DNA of 64,000 nucleotides from assembly GCA_963733035.1 (NCBI GenBank), contig CAVTBU010000004.1, positions 32,001 to 96,000 of the forward strand. The letters run 5' to 3'. The notes beneath the pieces are model-generated. The model was not told the DNA's origin and did not search any database. It was given only the letters and a program-made list of their open reading frames with translations. This DNA is from Pirellulales bacterium (GTDB lineage Bacteria; Planctomycetota; Planctomycetia; Pirellulales; PALSA-1355). Made by a program: the position numbers and the translations under genes. Shown here piece after piece: positions 49,115 through 59,690 of this stretch (positions are counted from its first letter, which is position 1; each line of letters starts with the position of its first letter).

Positions 49115-51604
49115 CTATGCTTCGGCAACCGGTTGTTGTTGGTCGCACCACTGGCGCCACATCTGCCGATAGGCGGCTTCCAGGTTGGCCGTGAACGTTT
49201 TGAAGTCCAACAGCGGTGAAGCGGCCATCCGCTCGCGAAGCGTAGAGCGATAATCGGCAAGCCGTTCGTGGTCGTTGGCCAACGCTACGGCCGTTTGAAT
49301 GTACTCATCCGGCGAGTGGGTAATTAGTTCCGTAAGCCCCAGCGTGGCCAGCCCACTACCGCCAAATCGGGATACATAGCTTTGACCCGAAAGGGTCACG
49401 ACGGGCACGCCCTGCCACAGGCAATCGCAGGTGGTTGTATGCCCGTTGAAGGGAAACGGATCAAGCGCCACGTCAAGTCGCGCGATGAGTTCCAGATATT
49501 TCGGCCGCGGCAAGCGGTTCACAAGTTCCAGCCGATCGGGAGCGATGCCGAGTCCGGCGAACGTTTCGCGAAGCCGTGCGTGCAGTGATTCGGTCATGTC
49601 AGCTCGAATGACCAGCCGCGCTTCAGGCACGCGGCGGAGAATCTCGGCCCAGGTTTCCAAAACCTGGGGAGTCACTTTCGTAAATGCATTCACCGACCCG
49701 AACGTCACGTAGCCGTTTGACGCGGCCGGCGACGGACCGACCGGCGGTGCGTAGGTCGACGGCTGGTAGCAGAAGAAGGTCGTCGGCAGGCGCCAGAGCT
49801 TCTCGGTATGCAAAGCGTCGGTTTGGCCGGGCGGATCCGAATAGTCGTCGGTGATCCGGTAGTCCATGGCCTGCATGCCGGTCGTGTTTTGATAGCCGAT
49901 ATACGTGATTTGCACCGGAGCCGGCTTGCGGGCGAACAGCAGCATGCGTTCGCCGCCCGTAATGTGGCCCGTCAGATCAACCAGAATTTCGATCTGATCG
50001 TCACGCACCATCGCCGCAACGTCCTCGTTCTTGCGGCCGCGCACTTGGCGCCAGTGGTCGGCATAGGTGCGCAGCCGCGCAGTGGTGTCGTCGGGCTCGT
50101 CGACGTCCGAGTAGCAAAAAATCTCGAACTGCTGGTGATCGTGCGACGCCAGGATCGGCTCGACGAAGAAGTTGACCGCGTGCGCAAAAGTGGGGCGAAA
50201 CGTAGCCGATGCGCAACCGCCGGTCGGGTGATCGCTCGTTTGTGTGCGGAGGACTGGCGGCGGAGAGCGGGTCGGCATGACGCGCCCCCCAGGCCAGATG
50301 CTCGGTGAAAATTGTCAGGGCGTCATAGCCCGGGTGATAGTTGAGCGAATAGAGCAGATTGCTGTGCTGTCCGGCGGCATGGGGATTTTGACGGATTGAC
50401 TCGCGATGCGCCGCGATGGCTTCGTCCAACAGACCAAGCGACTGCAGCGAGACGCCGAGGTTGCCGTGGGCCTGGGCCATTGCCGGAGCCAATGCGATGG
50501 CCTGCCGCGCGGCGACGATCGCTTCGTCGTGACGCCCCTGGCCCGCATACGCCACGCACAGATTGTTGTATGGCTCGGGCGTTCCGGGCGCAGGCGAAGT
50601 GCCTCCTCGCAATGCACAATCGCTTGCTTGTGTCGTCCCTCGAGCTGATAGAGATAGCTCAGTCCCAGATGAGAATCGGCGTGTTCCGGGTCGGCGGCCA
50701 ACGCCCGCTCAAAGTAGCCTTTCGCTTCGTCCAGATAGCCCTGCCGCTGCACGAGCGTGCCCATGCCGTGCAGTGCGACAACCGAGTTGGGTTCAATCTC
50801 CAGGGCCGCTCGATAGCTGGCGGCCGCCTCCTCCATGCGATCTTGCATCAGCCGGATCACGGCGACGTTGATGTGCGCCGGGGCAAACCGCGGGTTCACT
50901 CGAAGGGCCGCGTTCAGGTGGCGCTCGGCATCTTCAAACTGGCCGCGGGATTTGTAGATCGTGCCCAGATTGTTGTGGGTTTCGATGTGGTCGGCCTGCC
51001 GAGCCAGCACGGCCTGATATTCGGCGATCGCTTCATCCTCGCGCTCGAGGCTCTGCAAGACGCTGGCCAAATTGAAATGCGCGGTTACCGAATCTTCGGT
51101 CCGCAACACCCGGCGGAAACAGGCCTCGGCCTCGCTGAACTTATTCTGCTGGTCGAGCACGTGTCCTAACCGCGAACGGGCCTGCGCGTTGTCGGGCTGC
51201 AATCGCAGCGCCTCGCGCAAGGCCACGGCCGCCTCCTCGAGCCGACCTTCGTCGTGCAACAGCGTGCCCAGCAGCATGTGCACGGGGGCCATGCCCGGAT
51301 TCAGCCGCAAGGCTTTGCGATAGCTTTCCGAGGCTTCCGCCGCGCGGCCCCAATGTCGGTAGGCCTCGCCCAGATTTGCATAAAACGCGGCCTGTGATCG
51401 GTCGGCCTGCACGGCCTGATTTATCAGGTCAACCGCCGTCTGAAACTGCCGGGCCTGCATGGCCAACATGCCCAATTGATGCAAGGCATGCGGATGCCGC
51501 GGATCGGCGGCCAACACATGGCGATACGCGCGCTCGGCCTCGGCCAGACGTCCCGCCTGATGCAATTGCGTTCCCTGGGCCAGAATTTGCTCGATGCTGC
51601 TCAT
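49115..51604 (-). CDS. TPR-repeat GT41/SPINDLY-like protein B, frameshifts at ~50580 and ~50190
   Basis: ORFs 50315-51604, 50001-50612 and 49115-50278 together reconstruct a paralog of the 46719-49088 gene. Confidence 0.85.
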
Positions 51605-51688
51605 TCGTTCATTGTCCTACTGCCCGGACAATCAGGCAACCGCCGGCCTGAATAACCGGAACTGCTTCGGAGTCGGGCTCGCGGCCAG

Positions 51689-52438
51689 CTAGGATTTGAC
51701 TCGCCCTGATCGCAGGTAAAGCGGCCAAACGACGGAGCGGCTCTCTCCCGGCAAGCCCCACGCGGCGGTCAACTCACCTTTGATCTGTTCGATGGCGCTG
51801 GTCCCATGCTGCTGGAGATACTTCTGGGCACTCGACCAGGTGCTCAGATAGCCAAGCAGCTCGTCCAGATTCCAGCGAGCCTGCATGGTAAAATTGGGAG
51901 CCTCGATTTCCTCGAACGGAAATGGGAGGCCGGCGTAGCGGTCTTCCACCAGTCGTCGTTCGGGCGGCCAGAAGTCCCCCAAGATGTCGGCATACAACCG
52001 CCATACCACGGCGTCGACCTCCGCCGAGATCGTCGCCAGGCCGTACGTCCACAGCGCGATCGCTCCGCCCGCACGCGCGACCCGGCGGACCTCGCCATAA
52101 AACGCAGCGAGGTCAAACCAGTGTGCCGCTTGGGCCACCGTGACCAGATCGACCGACTCGTCGGCCAGCGGACACCGCTCGGCTGGAGCCACAAGATAGG
52201 TTACGCCGACCAGCGGCTGGGCATGTTCGATCTGTCGCTCGCTGGGATCGGTGGCAACCACTTCGCGAAAGTAGTCGGCCAGCGCAACGGCGGCCTGCCC
52301 GTTCCCGGTCCCACAATCCCAAGCCCGCTCGTGCCTGGCCGGAAGCGATGCCAGAAAGGCAAAAAGGTGGCGCGGATAGCGCGGCCGAAACCGAATGTAG
52401 CGGTCGGCCTGCGGCGAAAAATGGTCTTTGAACTCCAA
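51689..52438 (-). CDS. Class I SAM-dependent methyltransferase
   Basis: FKDHFS...YxxFRPRYP, WDCGTGNGQ, DLVTVAQAAHWFD. Confidence 0.9.
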   Translation of the reverse strand: MEFKDHFSPQADRYIRFRPRYPRHLFAFLASLPARHERAWDCGTGNGQAAVALADYFREVVATDPSERQIEHAQPLVGVTYLVAPAERCPLADESVDLVTVAQAAHWFDLAAFYGEVRRVARAGGAIALWTYGLATISAEVDAVVWRLYADILGDFWPPERRLVEDRYAGLPFPFEEIEAPNFTMQARWNLDELLGYLSTWSSAQKYLQQHGTSAIEQIKGELTAAWGLPGESRSVVWPLYLRSGRVKS

Positions 52439-52693
52439 CGGAAAAACGCCCCGGGATGATCGGACTTGGCTGGTGCGGTTCTCTTGAAGTTTACACCGAG
52501 AACGCCATTTTGAGATGCCCCAAGCAACCGCCTTGCCAGCGGGCGCCGTCGGCTTAAAGGCACTGGGCAACCGGACTTGTCGCCGACGAGTCGCATGGTA
52601 CACTTGGGTCTCGGAAGTCGCCTGGCGACGACCAGCAAACGATGGGGAAGTGCCCAACGGCATCGACCGTAAGCAATTTCCCCCCGATCCAAC

Positions 52694-52767
52694 GGCGGCG
52701 TAGCTCAGTTGGTTAGAGCAGCGGAATCATAATCCGCGTGTCCGGGGTTCGAATCCCTGCGCCGCTA
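52694..52767 (+). tRNA. tRNA-Met(CAT), probably elongator
   Basis: GGCGGCGTAGCTCAGTTGGTTAGAGCAGCGGAATCATAATCCGCGTGTCCGGGGTTCGAATCCCTGCGCCGCTA. Confidence 0.95.
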
Positions 52768-52828
52768 CTTTTGCACGTCGCGGCACCGTGTCGCACGGTG
52801 TCGCTCAAGTCCTGAGCCTCTGAGAGGT

Positions 52829-53212
52829 TTAGGCTATCAATGCCGGCCAGTGTCGGCGTAGCCTCGTCGCACTGGCCTGCATGGCTTGGCGCCAATTCGC
52901 TTCGCGACTGTTGCGCTCGGCGTTGCGCGCCTCTCCGGCACCCGCTGGCAGGGCGGAGTCGGTTGCGGTCGCTCGCGCCGCCGTCGCCACTTCTCCAAAG
53001 CCCTTGCGGCGCTCGGCCACAATATTCGCGTGATACCTCGTCCGGCCTTGCGCCGCTTTTCGCTCGTTGTCAATTTGGCGAAACTCTGGCCTCCGGCGTA
53101 ACAGCCGGCTACGAAGCCTCGCGCGTTCGCGTTGCCGCTCTTGGCCGGTGAGGCCGGCAAGCGCGGCTTGGATTTGGTCGCGCTCGTCGGGGGTGAGGGT
53201 GAAAGCGGGCAT
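52829..53212 (-). CDS. Hypothetical basic protein, possibly a decayed mobile-element gene
   Basis: Coherent helical N-terminus and upstream TATAGT; C-terminus looks degenerate. Confidence 0.35.
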   Translation of the reverse strand: MPAFTLTPDERDQIQAALAGLTGQERQRERARLRSRLLRRRPEFRQIDNERKAAQGRTRYHANIVAERRKGFGEVATAARATATDSALPAGAGEARNAERNSREANWRQAMQASATRLRRHWPALIA

Positions 53213-53294
53213 GGCTGAGGCTGGGATCGACTATAATTTGGGCTTAGTGACGCTGCGCTTTTGCATACGTCACCTGCGATTTGGTCATCGTGCG

Positions 53295-53960
53295 ATGGCC
53301 TATCAAGCATTCAAGGGGCATCCGTCGGTGCAGTCACCAGCAGGCGTTGAGCTGTCAGATCGGGATGGAATCGTAACAATCCGTTTGCCGAGAATTGAAG
53401 GCAAGCGACTTGTCCGATTGATGGCTCCATATCTTCTGCTGGCGATTGTTGCCATCGGAATGTTCGCTTTCGGCGTGTGGCATTTCGGCACTCACTGGGT
53501 CGAAGTTCAGCGGGAGGTGCCCATCCTGCCACAACTGTTTCTCTCATTCATGGCCCTGTTTTTCGTCTTAGCCGTCAGTGCGGCTGTCACATTCTACTTT
53601 GCGAACCGCTGCGTTACGATCCGTGTTGACGGCGAAGGTTTGACAGTGTCGTCCGAAGGCAGCATTGGACAAAAACACTACTACTACCGCCGCACCACTA
53701 TCACGGCAGTGTATGCCGACCGATACTGGCTGTGGGTTCACGGGTCTGAACGACGTCCAAGCCGTGTCTTGTGGCAGCGGCTTCCTGAAGAACGCCATTG
53801 GCTCGCTGTAACTCTCGCGCGGCAATTGGGAGTACGCGGCTCGTTGCCCCTTGGGCGGGACGAATTAGAAGTCCGAGTTGTCATCCTGGATGACGACAAA
53901 TTGAGACGATGCCTACACCGGAAAAGAAATCGGCCGCTATTCCTCGGTTTGGGGATTTGA
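53295..53960 (+). CDS. Hypothetical membrane protein (2 TM)
   Basis: Two hydrophobic segments; TATAAT at ~53232 upstream. Confidence 0.6.
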   Translation: MAYQAFKGHPSVQSPAGVELSDRDGIVTIRLPRIEGKRLVRLMAPYLLLAIVAIGMFAFGVWHFGTHWVEVQREVPILPQLFLSFMALFFVLAVSAAVTFYFANRCVTIRVDGEGLTVSSEGSIGQKHYYYRRTTITAVYADRYWLWVHGSERRPSRVLWQRLPEERHWLAVTLARQLGVRGSLPLGRDELEVRVVILDDDKLRRCLHRKRNRPLFLGLGI

Positions 53961-54089
53961 ACTCTATTGAATGTGAACCGCCAAAAAATAGGCCGGCGCA
54001 ACGCTCGCTACGCTATGCCGGCCAAGCATGCCCGCCGCCGGCAGCGAATCGCTTTCTCGGACAATCCCGCAACCGGCTAAAATACTCCT

Positions 54090-54498
54090 ATGAGCGAAGC
54101 AGGCCCCAATCCGACCCCTGCCCCTAAGCGACGATGGTTCCGATTCTCTTTGCGGATGCTCGTTGTCGTCGTCATGCTGTTCGCGCTCTGCTGGTTGGGA
54201 TACGAATTAAATTGGATTCGGGAGCGTCACCAAATCGTGGCGCGCCAGTTCGTTCGATTTCAGCTACTCACCCAACCCATAACCGGCGTCGCAGTCTACT
54301 CGCCTGCCCCGACCACTCCTCCGCTGTCGGTGCGCTGCCTCTCATGCTTCGGCGAACCCGCGCGAGATGGTGATCGTCGTCCTCTATGACGAGGAAGGCC
54401 ACCGCGAGCCGAGCGAACAGCACACATACGAGCTCAACAGAGCCCGCGAAATGTTTCCGGAATCGGCAATTGCTTGGTACCTGACGGATGATTTCTAG
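54090..54498 (+). CDS. Planctomycete 'KRRWFRFSLR' membrane-anchored protein, frameshift at ~54365
   Basis: MSEAGPNPTPAPKRRWFRFSLRML...WLGYELNWIRER; continuation frame ...NRAREMFPES...DDF*; TAAAAT-N6-ATG. Confidence 0.7.
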
Positions 54499-54643
54499 CT
54501 AGACAATCCTGTCCAGCACGACGGTTCACGTATCGCAGAGCGTCCGTTCTAGTTCGTCAAAGTCGTATTGCGGCCGTATCGTCCGGGCTGGCGCGGCGGG
54601 CGGCTGGCACGGGTTGGATCAGCAGAATGTCTGGCTGGCTGGT

Positions 54644-54877
54644 TCACGTCGAAGGCGCCGGCGGGCGGCCGACGTTGTCGCAACTCAGGTAGTGCAATTC
54701 CAGGTGCAGGTCCTGCAACTTCTCGCGGGCCCGGCAGACCAGTACGAGCAGGCGGTCGTCGTCGGAGAATTGCTGGTCCCGCATTCGCTTTTCCAGCCGC
54801 GCCAGATACGCCATCATCGGGCGAACGCGCGCGGCGAGGGCCGAAAGCTGGTCGTCAGTGAGTTGGTCGGAACGCAT
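54644..54877 (-). CDS. Small hypothetical protein (77 aa)
   Basis: MRSDQLTDDQL...YLARLEKRM...LHYLSC; TACATT-N6-ATG start overlapped by a palindrome. Confidence 0.65.
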   Translation of the reverse strand: MRSDQLTDDQLSALAARVRPMMAYLARLEKRMRDQQFSDDDRLLVLVCRAREKLQDLHLELHYLSCDNVGRPPAPST

Positions 54878-55016
54878 GGGAATAATGTACATATGTATAC
54901 ATTTCATGCCAAGCACCTTTGGCGGGGGGCTCGTGCGACTTTCAGAGTGCCAGCGTTTCGCGCACCCATCGCCGCGCACGAAATTCCGCCGGACCACCGA
55001 ATGCCGGGCGTCGCCA

Positions 55017-55556
55017 TCAGGTCGCGCAGCACGCCGTCAGCTTGAGCACGGTGTTCCAGTTGCGCCCCGTGCCGCGGGTGGCCAGGTGTTTTTCGATGGC
55101 GGCGCCGGAGAGCTTTGAGGTACCGATCCCATCCGGGTAAACGATGTACAACTGTTTGCCGCGTGGCGCAGGGTTTCGCGGCCGCGAATGGAGTCTTTAA
55201 GCGTTTGCACAGGCCGTGTCCTGGCGGTCTCTTTGAGAAACATTACCACCAGGTGCGACGGATCGCGCTCGGCCTCTCGGGGAAACGGATTGTCGGCCAA
55301 CACGCGCTGAAATTCCTTGGCCGAACGGACCAGATAGTCAACGTCGATGCCAAAACGCCGCTTCGTCTCGGCCTCGAGCCGCCGCTCGAGCGACGCGGTT
55401 TGGGCCGGGCTGCCGTGGAACACAACGTTACCGCTTTGCAAAAGCGTTTGCACGTCGCAAAATCCAAGCCCGCCGAACATCGCGCAGGTCGGCCATGGCG
55501 ATGCGATTGCGTCCTCCAACATTAATGGCTCGCAGCAGTGCGACGTAGGCTGGCAT
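55017..55556 (-). CDS. DUF1697 family protein, two frameshifts (~55480, ~55165)
   Basis: MPAYVALLRAINVGGRNRIAMADLR / DVQTLLQSGNVVF...NPF / LYIVYPDGIGTSKL...TGRNWNTVLKL. Confidence 0.8.
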
Positions 55557-55687
55557 GGATTTTCCTTCGTTCGCCCGTGCGCGGAGTGCCGGCCGGTCGC
55601 CCGGCGCTGTTCGCTCCGACTATTTGACCCGATCGACGCCGGGCAGCACAATGCGCGAAACGCCAAGCTCATCGTGCGAGGTTATCC

Positions 55688-56263
55688 ATGCTCGAGATTG
55701 CCATCCTGCTCGGTTCGGTGCGTAGTGATCGCATCGGTATCAAGCCCGCGCGATACTTGGAGCGGAAATGCCGCGAGCGCGGTCTGGTCACAACGCTGGT
55801 CGATCCGGTTGAGTATCGCCTGCCGCTGCTCGACCGGATGTACAAGGAACATCCACCGGGGAAGGCACCCGAGGTGCTCGAACGATTGGCCGAGATCATC
55901 AAGAGGGCCGACGGGTATCTGATCGTCTCGGGGGAATATAATCACTCCATTCCGCCCGCCCTGTCGAACCTGATCGATCACTTTTTGGAAGAGTACTTCT
56001 TCAAGGCGTCGGCCATCGCCTGCTATTCGGCCGGTTCGTTCGGCGGCGTGCGCGCGGCGATGCAATTGCGGGCCATGCTCGCCGAGATCGGTACGGCCAG
56101 CATCCCTTCGCTGCTCCCATTTCCCAAAGCGCATGACGCCTTCGACGACGAGGCCAACCCGATCGATCCGCGCACGGATCGATCAACCGACCGTTTTCTG
56201 ACGGAGTTTGAGTGGTTCGCAGGCGCTCTGAAACAAGCACGGGCGAGCGGCACTCCGTACTAG
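55688..56263 (+). CDS. NADPH-dependent FMN reductase
   Basis: LGSVRSDRIG, GEYNHSIPPALSNLID, YSAGSFGGVRA. Confidence 0.92.
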   Translation: MLEIAILLGSVRSDRIGIKPARYLERKCRERGLVTTLVDPVEYRLPLLDRMYKEHPPGKAPEVLERLAEIIKRADGYLIVSGEYNHSIPPALSNLIDHFLEEYFFKASAIACYSAGSFGGVRAAMQLRAMLAEIGTASIPSLLPFPKAHDAFDDEANPIDPRTDRSTDRFLTEFEWFAGALKQARASGTPY

Positions 56264-56351
56264 GCAAGAAAAAATGCTTGCCAGACAAACGGCAGATAGC
56301 TACATTGGCGAAACTGACACCACCCACTGTAGCTACCTGGGGGAAAATCCG

Positions 56352-57803
56352 ATGTATCGGCCACGCACGTCTTTGGGCCGGGTCCTGCCAATTTGCCTGG
56401 CGCTGACGTTGTTCTTGGCGGCCGTGGCCCACGCGGCCGAGCTGGTCGACGTCGTGCGGCAGGTGGAAAACTCGGTGGTCCGCGTCAACACCGACGTGGC
56501 CGTCGGCAGCGGAGTGATCGTCGGCGATGAGGGGTTGATCCTGACGAACTATCATGTGATCGAGGGGGCCCGCAGGGTCGAAATCGTGCTGCGAAGCGGC
56601 CAGAAGCTGACCTGTTCGGGTTACCTGATCGTTGACCCGACGCACGATCTGGCAGCACTGCGTACCCCGAAGCTGCCGGCCGGTTCAGCGATGAAAATTG
56701 CGGCCGGATTGCCCCCCGTGGGTGAGAAGGTGGCCGCGTTCGGCAATCCGCAGGGGTTTTCGTTCACCACGTCCGAGGGCATCGTCTCGGCCGTGCGGAG
56801 CGGCCAGGAAGTCGAGCAGACGATCGGTAGCGCCGAATATCAGGCGTTGGGATTCGCGGTCGATGCGACCTGGGTGCAAACCACCGCCGCCATCTCGCAC
56901 GGCAATAGCGGCGGTCCGCTGGTGACCATGGAGTGCGAGTTGGTGGGCCTCAACACCTGGAATCACACGGACGGGCAGCAGCTGAATTTTGCAATCAGCG
57001 TGGTCGATGTCCGGCGCGTGCTGGCCAAGATCAATGACCGTACGCCGGTGCAAGGCTTCGACACACTGCCCAAGATTCGCAGCACGCCGATTGCCGGCGA
57101 TTGGAAAGGACCGCGCGAGCCGTTTCGGCTGGAATTGCCGACGGGGCGCGTATTCGGCTTCGAAGTGTTTTTGACCGACGCCAGCGCACTGGGCAAACTG
57201 GCACAAACGACCAAATCGGATCGGGTCGTGATCAGTCATCCCAACGGCGCGATGTACGCGGCGGCTGAGCAACAACACGGCGTTCTGCACGGACTGACCG
57301 TGGCGCAGTGGGACAATCGGGAACCCATGGTCCACGTTAGCTACATCGACGGCCGCCGGCACGGCCTCTTGAAGACCTGGGACGAGGCGGGCGACCCGGT
57401 GATGTTCGGTCAGTACGAACGCGGGCGGCGCAGCGGGTTCACCTGCCTGTTCGAAGACACGGCGCCCGTCTTGATCGCCCAGTACGACAACAATCGGCTG
57501 GAGTACCTGCAATTGATGTCCGGGCTGACGCCGCGGGAAGGATTCGCCAGCGAGGAAGAGGCGCTCAAAAACCCCGCGGCCAAGGCCTACCTCGACCGCC
57601 TCGAAGAGCTCGACGCGAAGCTGAAGAAAAACGAAGTGCAATTCCGCCGGCAGGTCAAACAGATCGAGATTGAAAAACGGCGGGAACTGGCCGCCCGGCT
57701 CGGACCCAAGAAGCGCGCCCTGGAATCGCAGCGGGCCAAGCAGCGCGCCGCCGCCGAGAACGCCTTCATGCAGCGGATTTACCGCCTGGCCAACGGTCGC
57801 TAA
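56352..57803 (+). CDS. Secreted trypsin-like (S1C) serine protease with MORN-like repeats and C-terminal coiled coil
   Basis: GSGVIV, TNYHVI, HDLAAL, GNPQG, AAISHGNSGGPL; GVLHG/GRRHG/GRRSG repeats. Confidence 0.88.
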   Translation: MYRPRTSLGRVLPICLALTLFLAAVAHAAELVDVVRQVENSVVRVNTDVAVGSGVIVGDEGLILTNYHVIEGARRVEIVLRSGQKLTCSGYLIVDPTHDLAALRTPKLPAGSAMKIAAGLPPVGEKVAAFGNPQGFSFTTSEGIVSAVRSGQEVEQTIGSAEYQALGFAVDATWVQTTAAISHGNSGGPLVTMECELVGLNTWNHTDGQQLNFAISVVDVRRVLAKINDRTPVQGFDTLPKIRSTPIAGDWKGPREPFRLELPTGRVFGFEVFLTDASALGKLAQTTKSDRVVISHPNGAMYAAAEQQHGVLHGLTVAQWDNREPMVHVSYIDGRRHGLLKTWDEAGDPVMFGQYERGRRSGFTCLFEDTAPVLIAQYDNNRLEYLQLMSGLTPREGFASEEEALKNPAAKAYLDRLEELDAKLKKNEVQFRRQVKQIEIEKRRELAARLGPKKRALESQRAKQRAAAENAFMQRIYRLANGR

Positions 57804-57891
57804 CCAAACGGCTCGACGTTCGCTCGGGGCGCCCGCGCCCCGTATCGGGCATCATTCACGCTCCCAGCTGCCAAGCGCGCACTTCGGCGCG

Positions 57892-59226
57892 CTACCGGTA
57901 GTTCACCATCACGTCGCTCATGGTCTCGGGCGAGATCGCCCCCTCGTCGACCAGGTTTTGCAGCGAGGTTTGCATTGAGACCATGCCGAACTTCTTGCCG
58001 GTCGTAATCACGTTCCGCAGGAAGAATGTGCCCCGGTTGCGAATGATGTGCTTGGTGGCCTGATTGACCACCAGAATTTCACTTGCCACGCGTTTGCCGC
58101 CGTCGCGCGTGGGCACCAGTTCCTGATGAATGATACCCACCAGCGTGTCGGCCAGCACGTAGCGAATGTGGCCTTCGTCTTCGATCGGCACGAAGCTCAA
58201 CAGCCGCTCGATGATCTTGTCAATCGACATGATGTGCAGTGTCGAAAGCACCAGGCAACCGGTCTCGGCCGCGGTAAGCGCGATGCGAATGGTCTCGAAA
58301 TCGCGCATTTCGCCGATCGAAATCACGTCAGGATTTTGTCGCAGGGCCGCCCGCAGGCCGCTATGAAAGTCCGCCGTGTCGCGTCCGATCTGCCGCTGCC
58401 GCACGAGGCCCACCTTGTTCGTATGCAGGTACTCGATGGGATCCTCGATGGTAATCACGTGCCGCGGCTGGGATGAGTTAATCTCGTCGATGATGGCGGT
58501 CATCGTGGTCGTTTTGCCCTGGCTGGCGCTGCCGGTCAGCAGCACCAGGCCCTTGGTCGCCGAGGCCAGGTCGCGCACCACGTCGGGCAATTTCAACTCG
58601 GCCAGCGTCTTGGGCCGCTGAGCCAAAATACGGATCACGGTGCCGACGTCGCCGTCGAAGTAGCCGACGTTGACGCGATAGCGGCCGTAGTCGTCGATGG
58701 CCATGTAGTCGAAGTCGAGGTCCTTGCGAAACTGGGCCTCCTGGTGCTCGTTGAGCAGTTGCAGCGAAAGCCGCTCGCTTTGCTTGCTGGTGAGCGGCTG
58801 CTCGGTGGCCGGCACCAGACGGCGAGCGATGCGAAACAACACCGGCGAACCTGGCGCCACATGAATGTCGCTCACCTTGTGCGCTCGACCGTGCCTGAGT
58901 ACCTCGTGAATCGAAAGCTGGTCGAGCGGCGTCTGCAGCCTTGAAATCGTGGGGATGGCGGTCGGTCGCTCGGGCGCGAGCAGCGAATCGGGCTCGATCT
59001 CTTGGATCGAGGGGGCCACGCGCTGCGGCCGTCCGGTCTTGGGCCCGACGTTGATGTTCGGCGGCGCCACCGTGGCTGCCCCGCTGGGCACGGCGGCCAC
59101 CGGAGCCGAGGCGGGAATCTTCACCACCCCCCGGCAATGCGTGCAGTTGACCTGCTGCTCGCGCGGCTGTGGTTCCACCTGAAACGTACCGGCACAGTGC
59201 GGGCAGCGAAAGCGAACGGGCGCCAT
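57892..59226 (-). CDS. PilT/PilU-family ATPase with N-terminal zinc ribbon
   Basis: CPHC...CTHC; SDIH, GSASQGKTTT, ITIEDPIE, ALRQNPDVISIGEMRD, AAETG, STLH. Confidence 0.88.
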   Translation of the reverse strand: MAPVRFRCPHCAGTFQVEPQPREQQVNCTHCRGVVKIPASAPVAAVPSGAATVAPPNINVGPKTGRPQRVAPSIQEIEPDSLLAPERPTAIPTISRLQTPLDQLSIHEVLRHGRAHKVSDIHVAPGSPVLFRIARRLVPATEQPLTSKQSERLSLQLLNEHQEAQFRKDLDFDYMAIDDYGRYRVNVGYFDGDVGTVIRILAQRPKTLAELKLPDVVRDLASATKGLVLLTGSASQGKTTTMTAIIDEINSSQPRHVITIEDPIEYLHTNKVGLVRQRQIGRDTADFHSGLRAALRQNPDVISIGEMRDFETIRIALTAAETGCLVLSTLHIMSIDKIIERLLSFVPIEDEGHIRYVLADTLVGIIHQELVPTRDGGKRVASEILVVNQATKHIIRNRGTFFLRNVITTGKKFGMVSMQTSLQNLVDEGAISPETMSDVMVNYR

Positions 59227-59499
59227 GGGCGTTCCTCTCCTAGCACGGGCAAGCGCCCGGCCATTTCTGGACTGGGATTCACTGTTCCTGGGACCTCTAG
59301 TCTACACCGGGAAGAGAGCCGGAGCAGCATGCCGCGCGACAGACGGGAAACTGTCGGTTGCAAACGCAACGATCGCGGGGAGTTTTCAGGCGGGAATGCG
59401 GTGAGCGCGGCTCGACGCGAAAAAAGAAACCCCGATGGCGTAGCGTGGGCGGACCTCGTCCGAGTGATGGGGCATCTTCACGCGCGGTAGAATGTTGGC

Positions 59500-59628
59500 A
59501 TGGAACCAACCCAGCTCATATTCAGAGCGGTCCAACAGGTGATTCAGTGGTCGGTATGGGCAGCGGTGATACTGGCGGCATCCGTGACACTGGCCTGGCT
59601 CTTTTATCGGCGCCCCCGACCACCGTAG
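59500..59628 (+). CDS. 42-aa single-TM peptide (not in ORF track)
   Basis: TAGAAT-N6-ATG; MEPTQLIFRAVQQVIQWSVWAAVILAASVTLAWLFYRRPRPP*; CACTACC motif follows the stop. Confidence 0.6.
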   Translation: MEPTQLIFRAVQQVIQWSVWAAVILAASVTLAWLFYRRPRPP

Positions 59629-59636
59629 TCCTAGGA

Positions 59637-59670
59637 CACTACCGACAGGCGCGGGTAGTGGGTGATTAGT
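59637..59670. repeat. CACTACC...GGTAGTGGGTGATTAGT junction (copy 1)
   Basis: Inverted CACTACC/GGTAGTG pair; the 17-mer GGTAGTGGGTGATTAGT recurs exactly at 60425. Confidence 0.75.
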
Positions 59671-59690
59671 GTGTGCAGGGGCGGAGGCGC

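Noticed and set aside
49352..49360. CCCACTACC copy of the cassette-end motif
   Set aside because: It lies inside the GT41 coding sequence (encodes GSG) and is probably coincidental.
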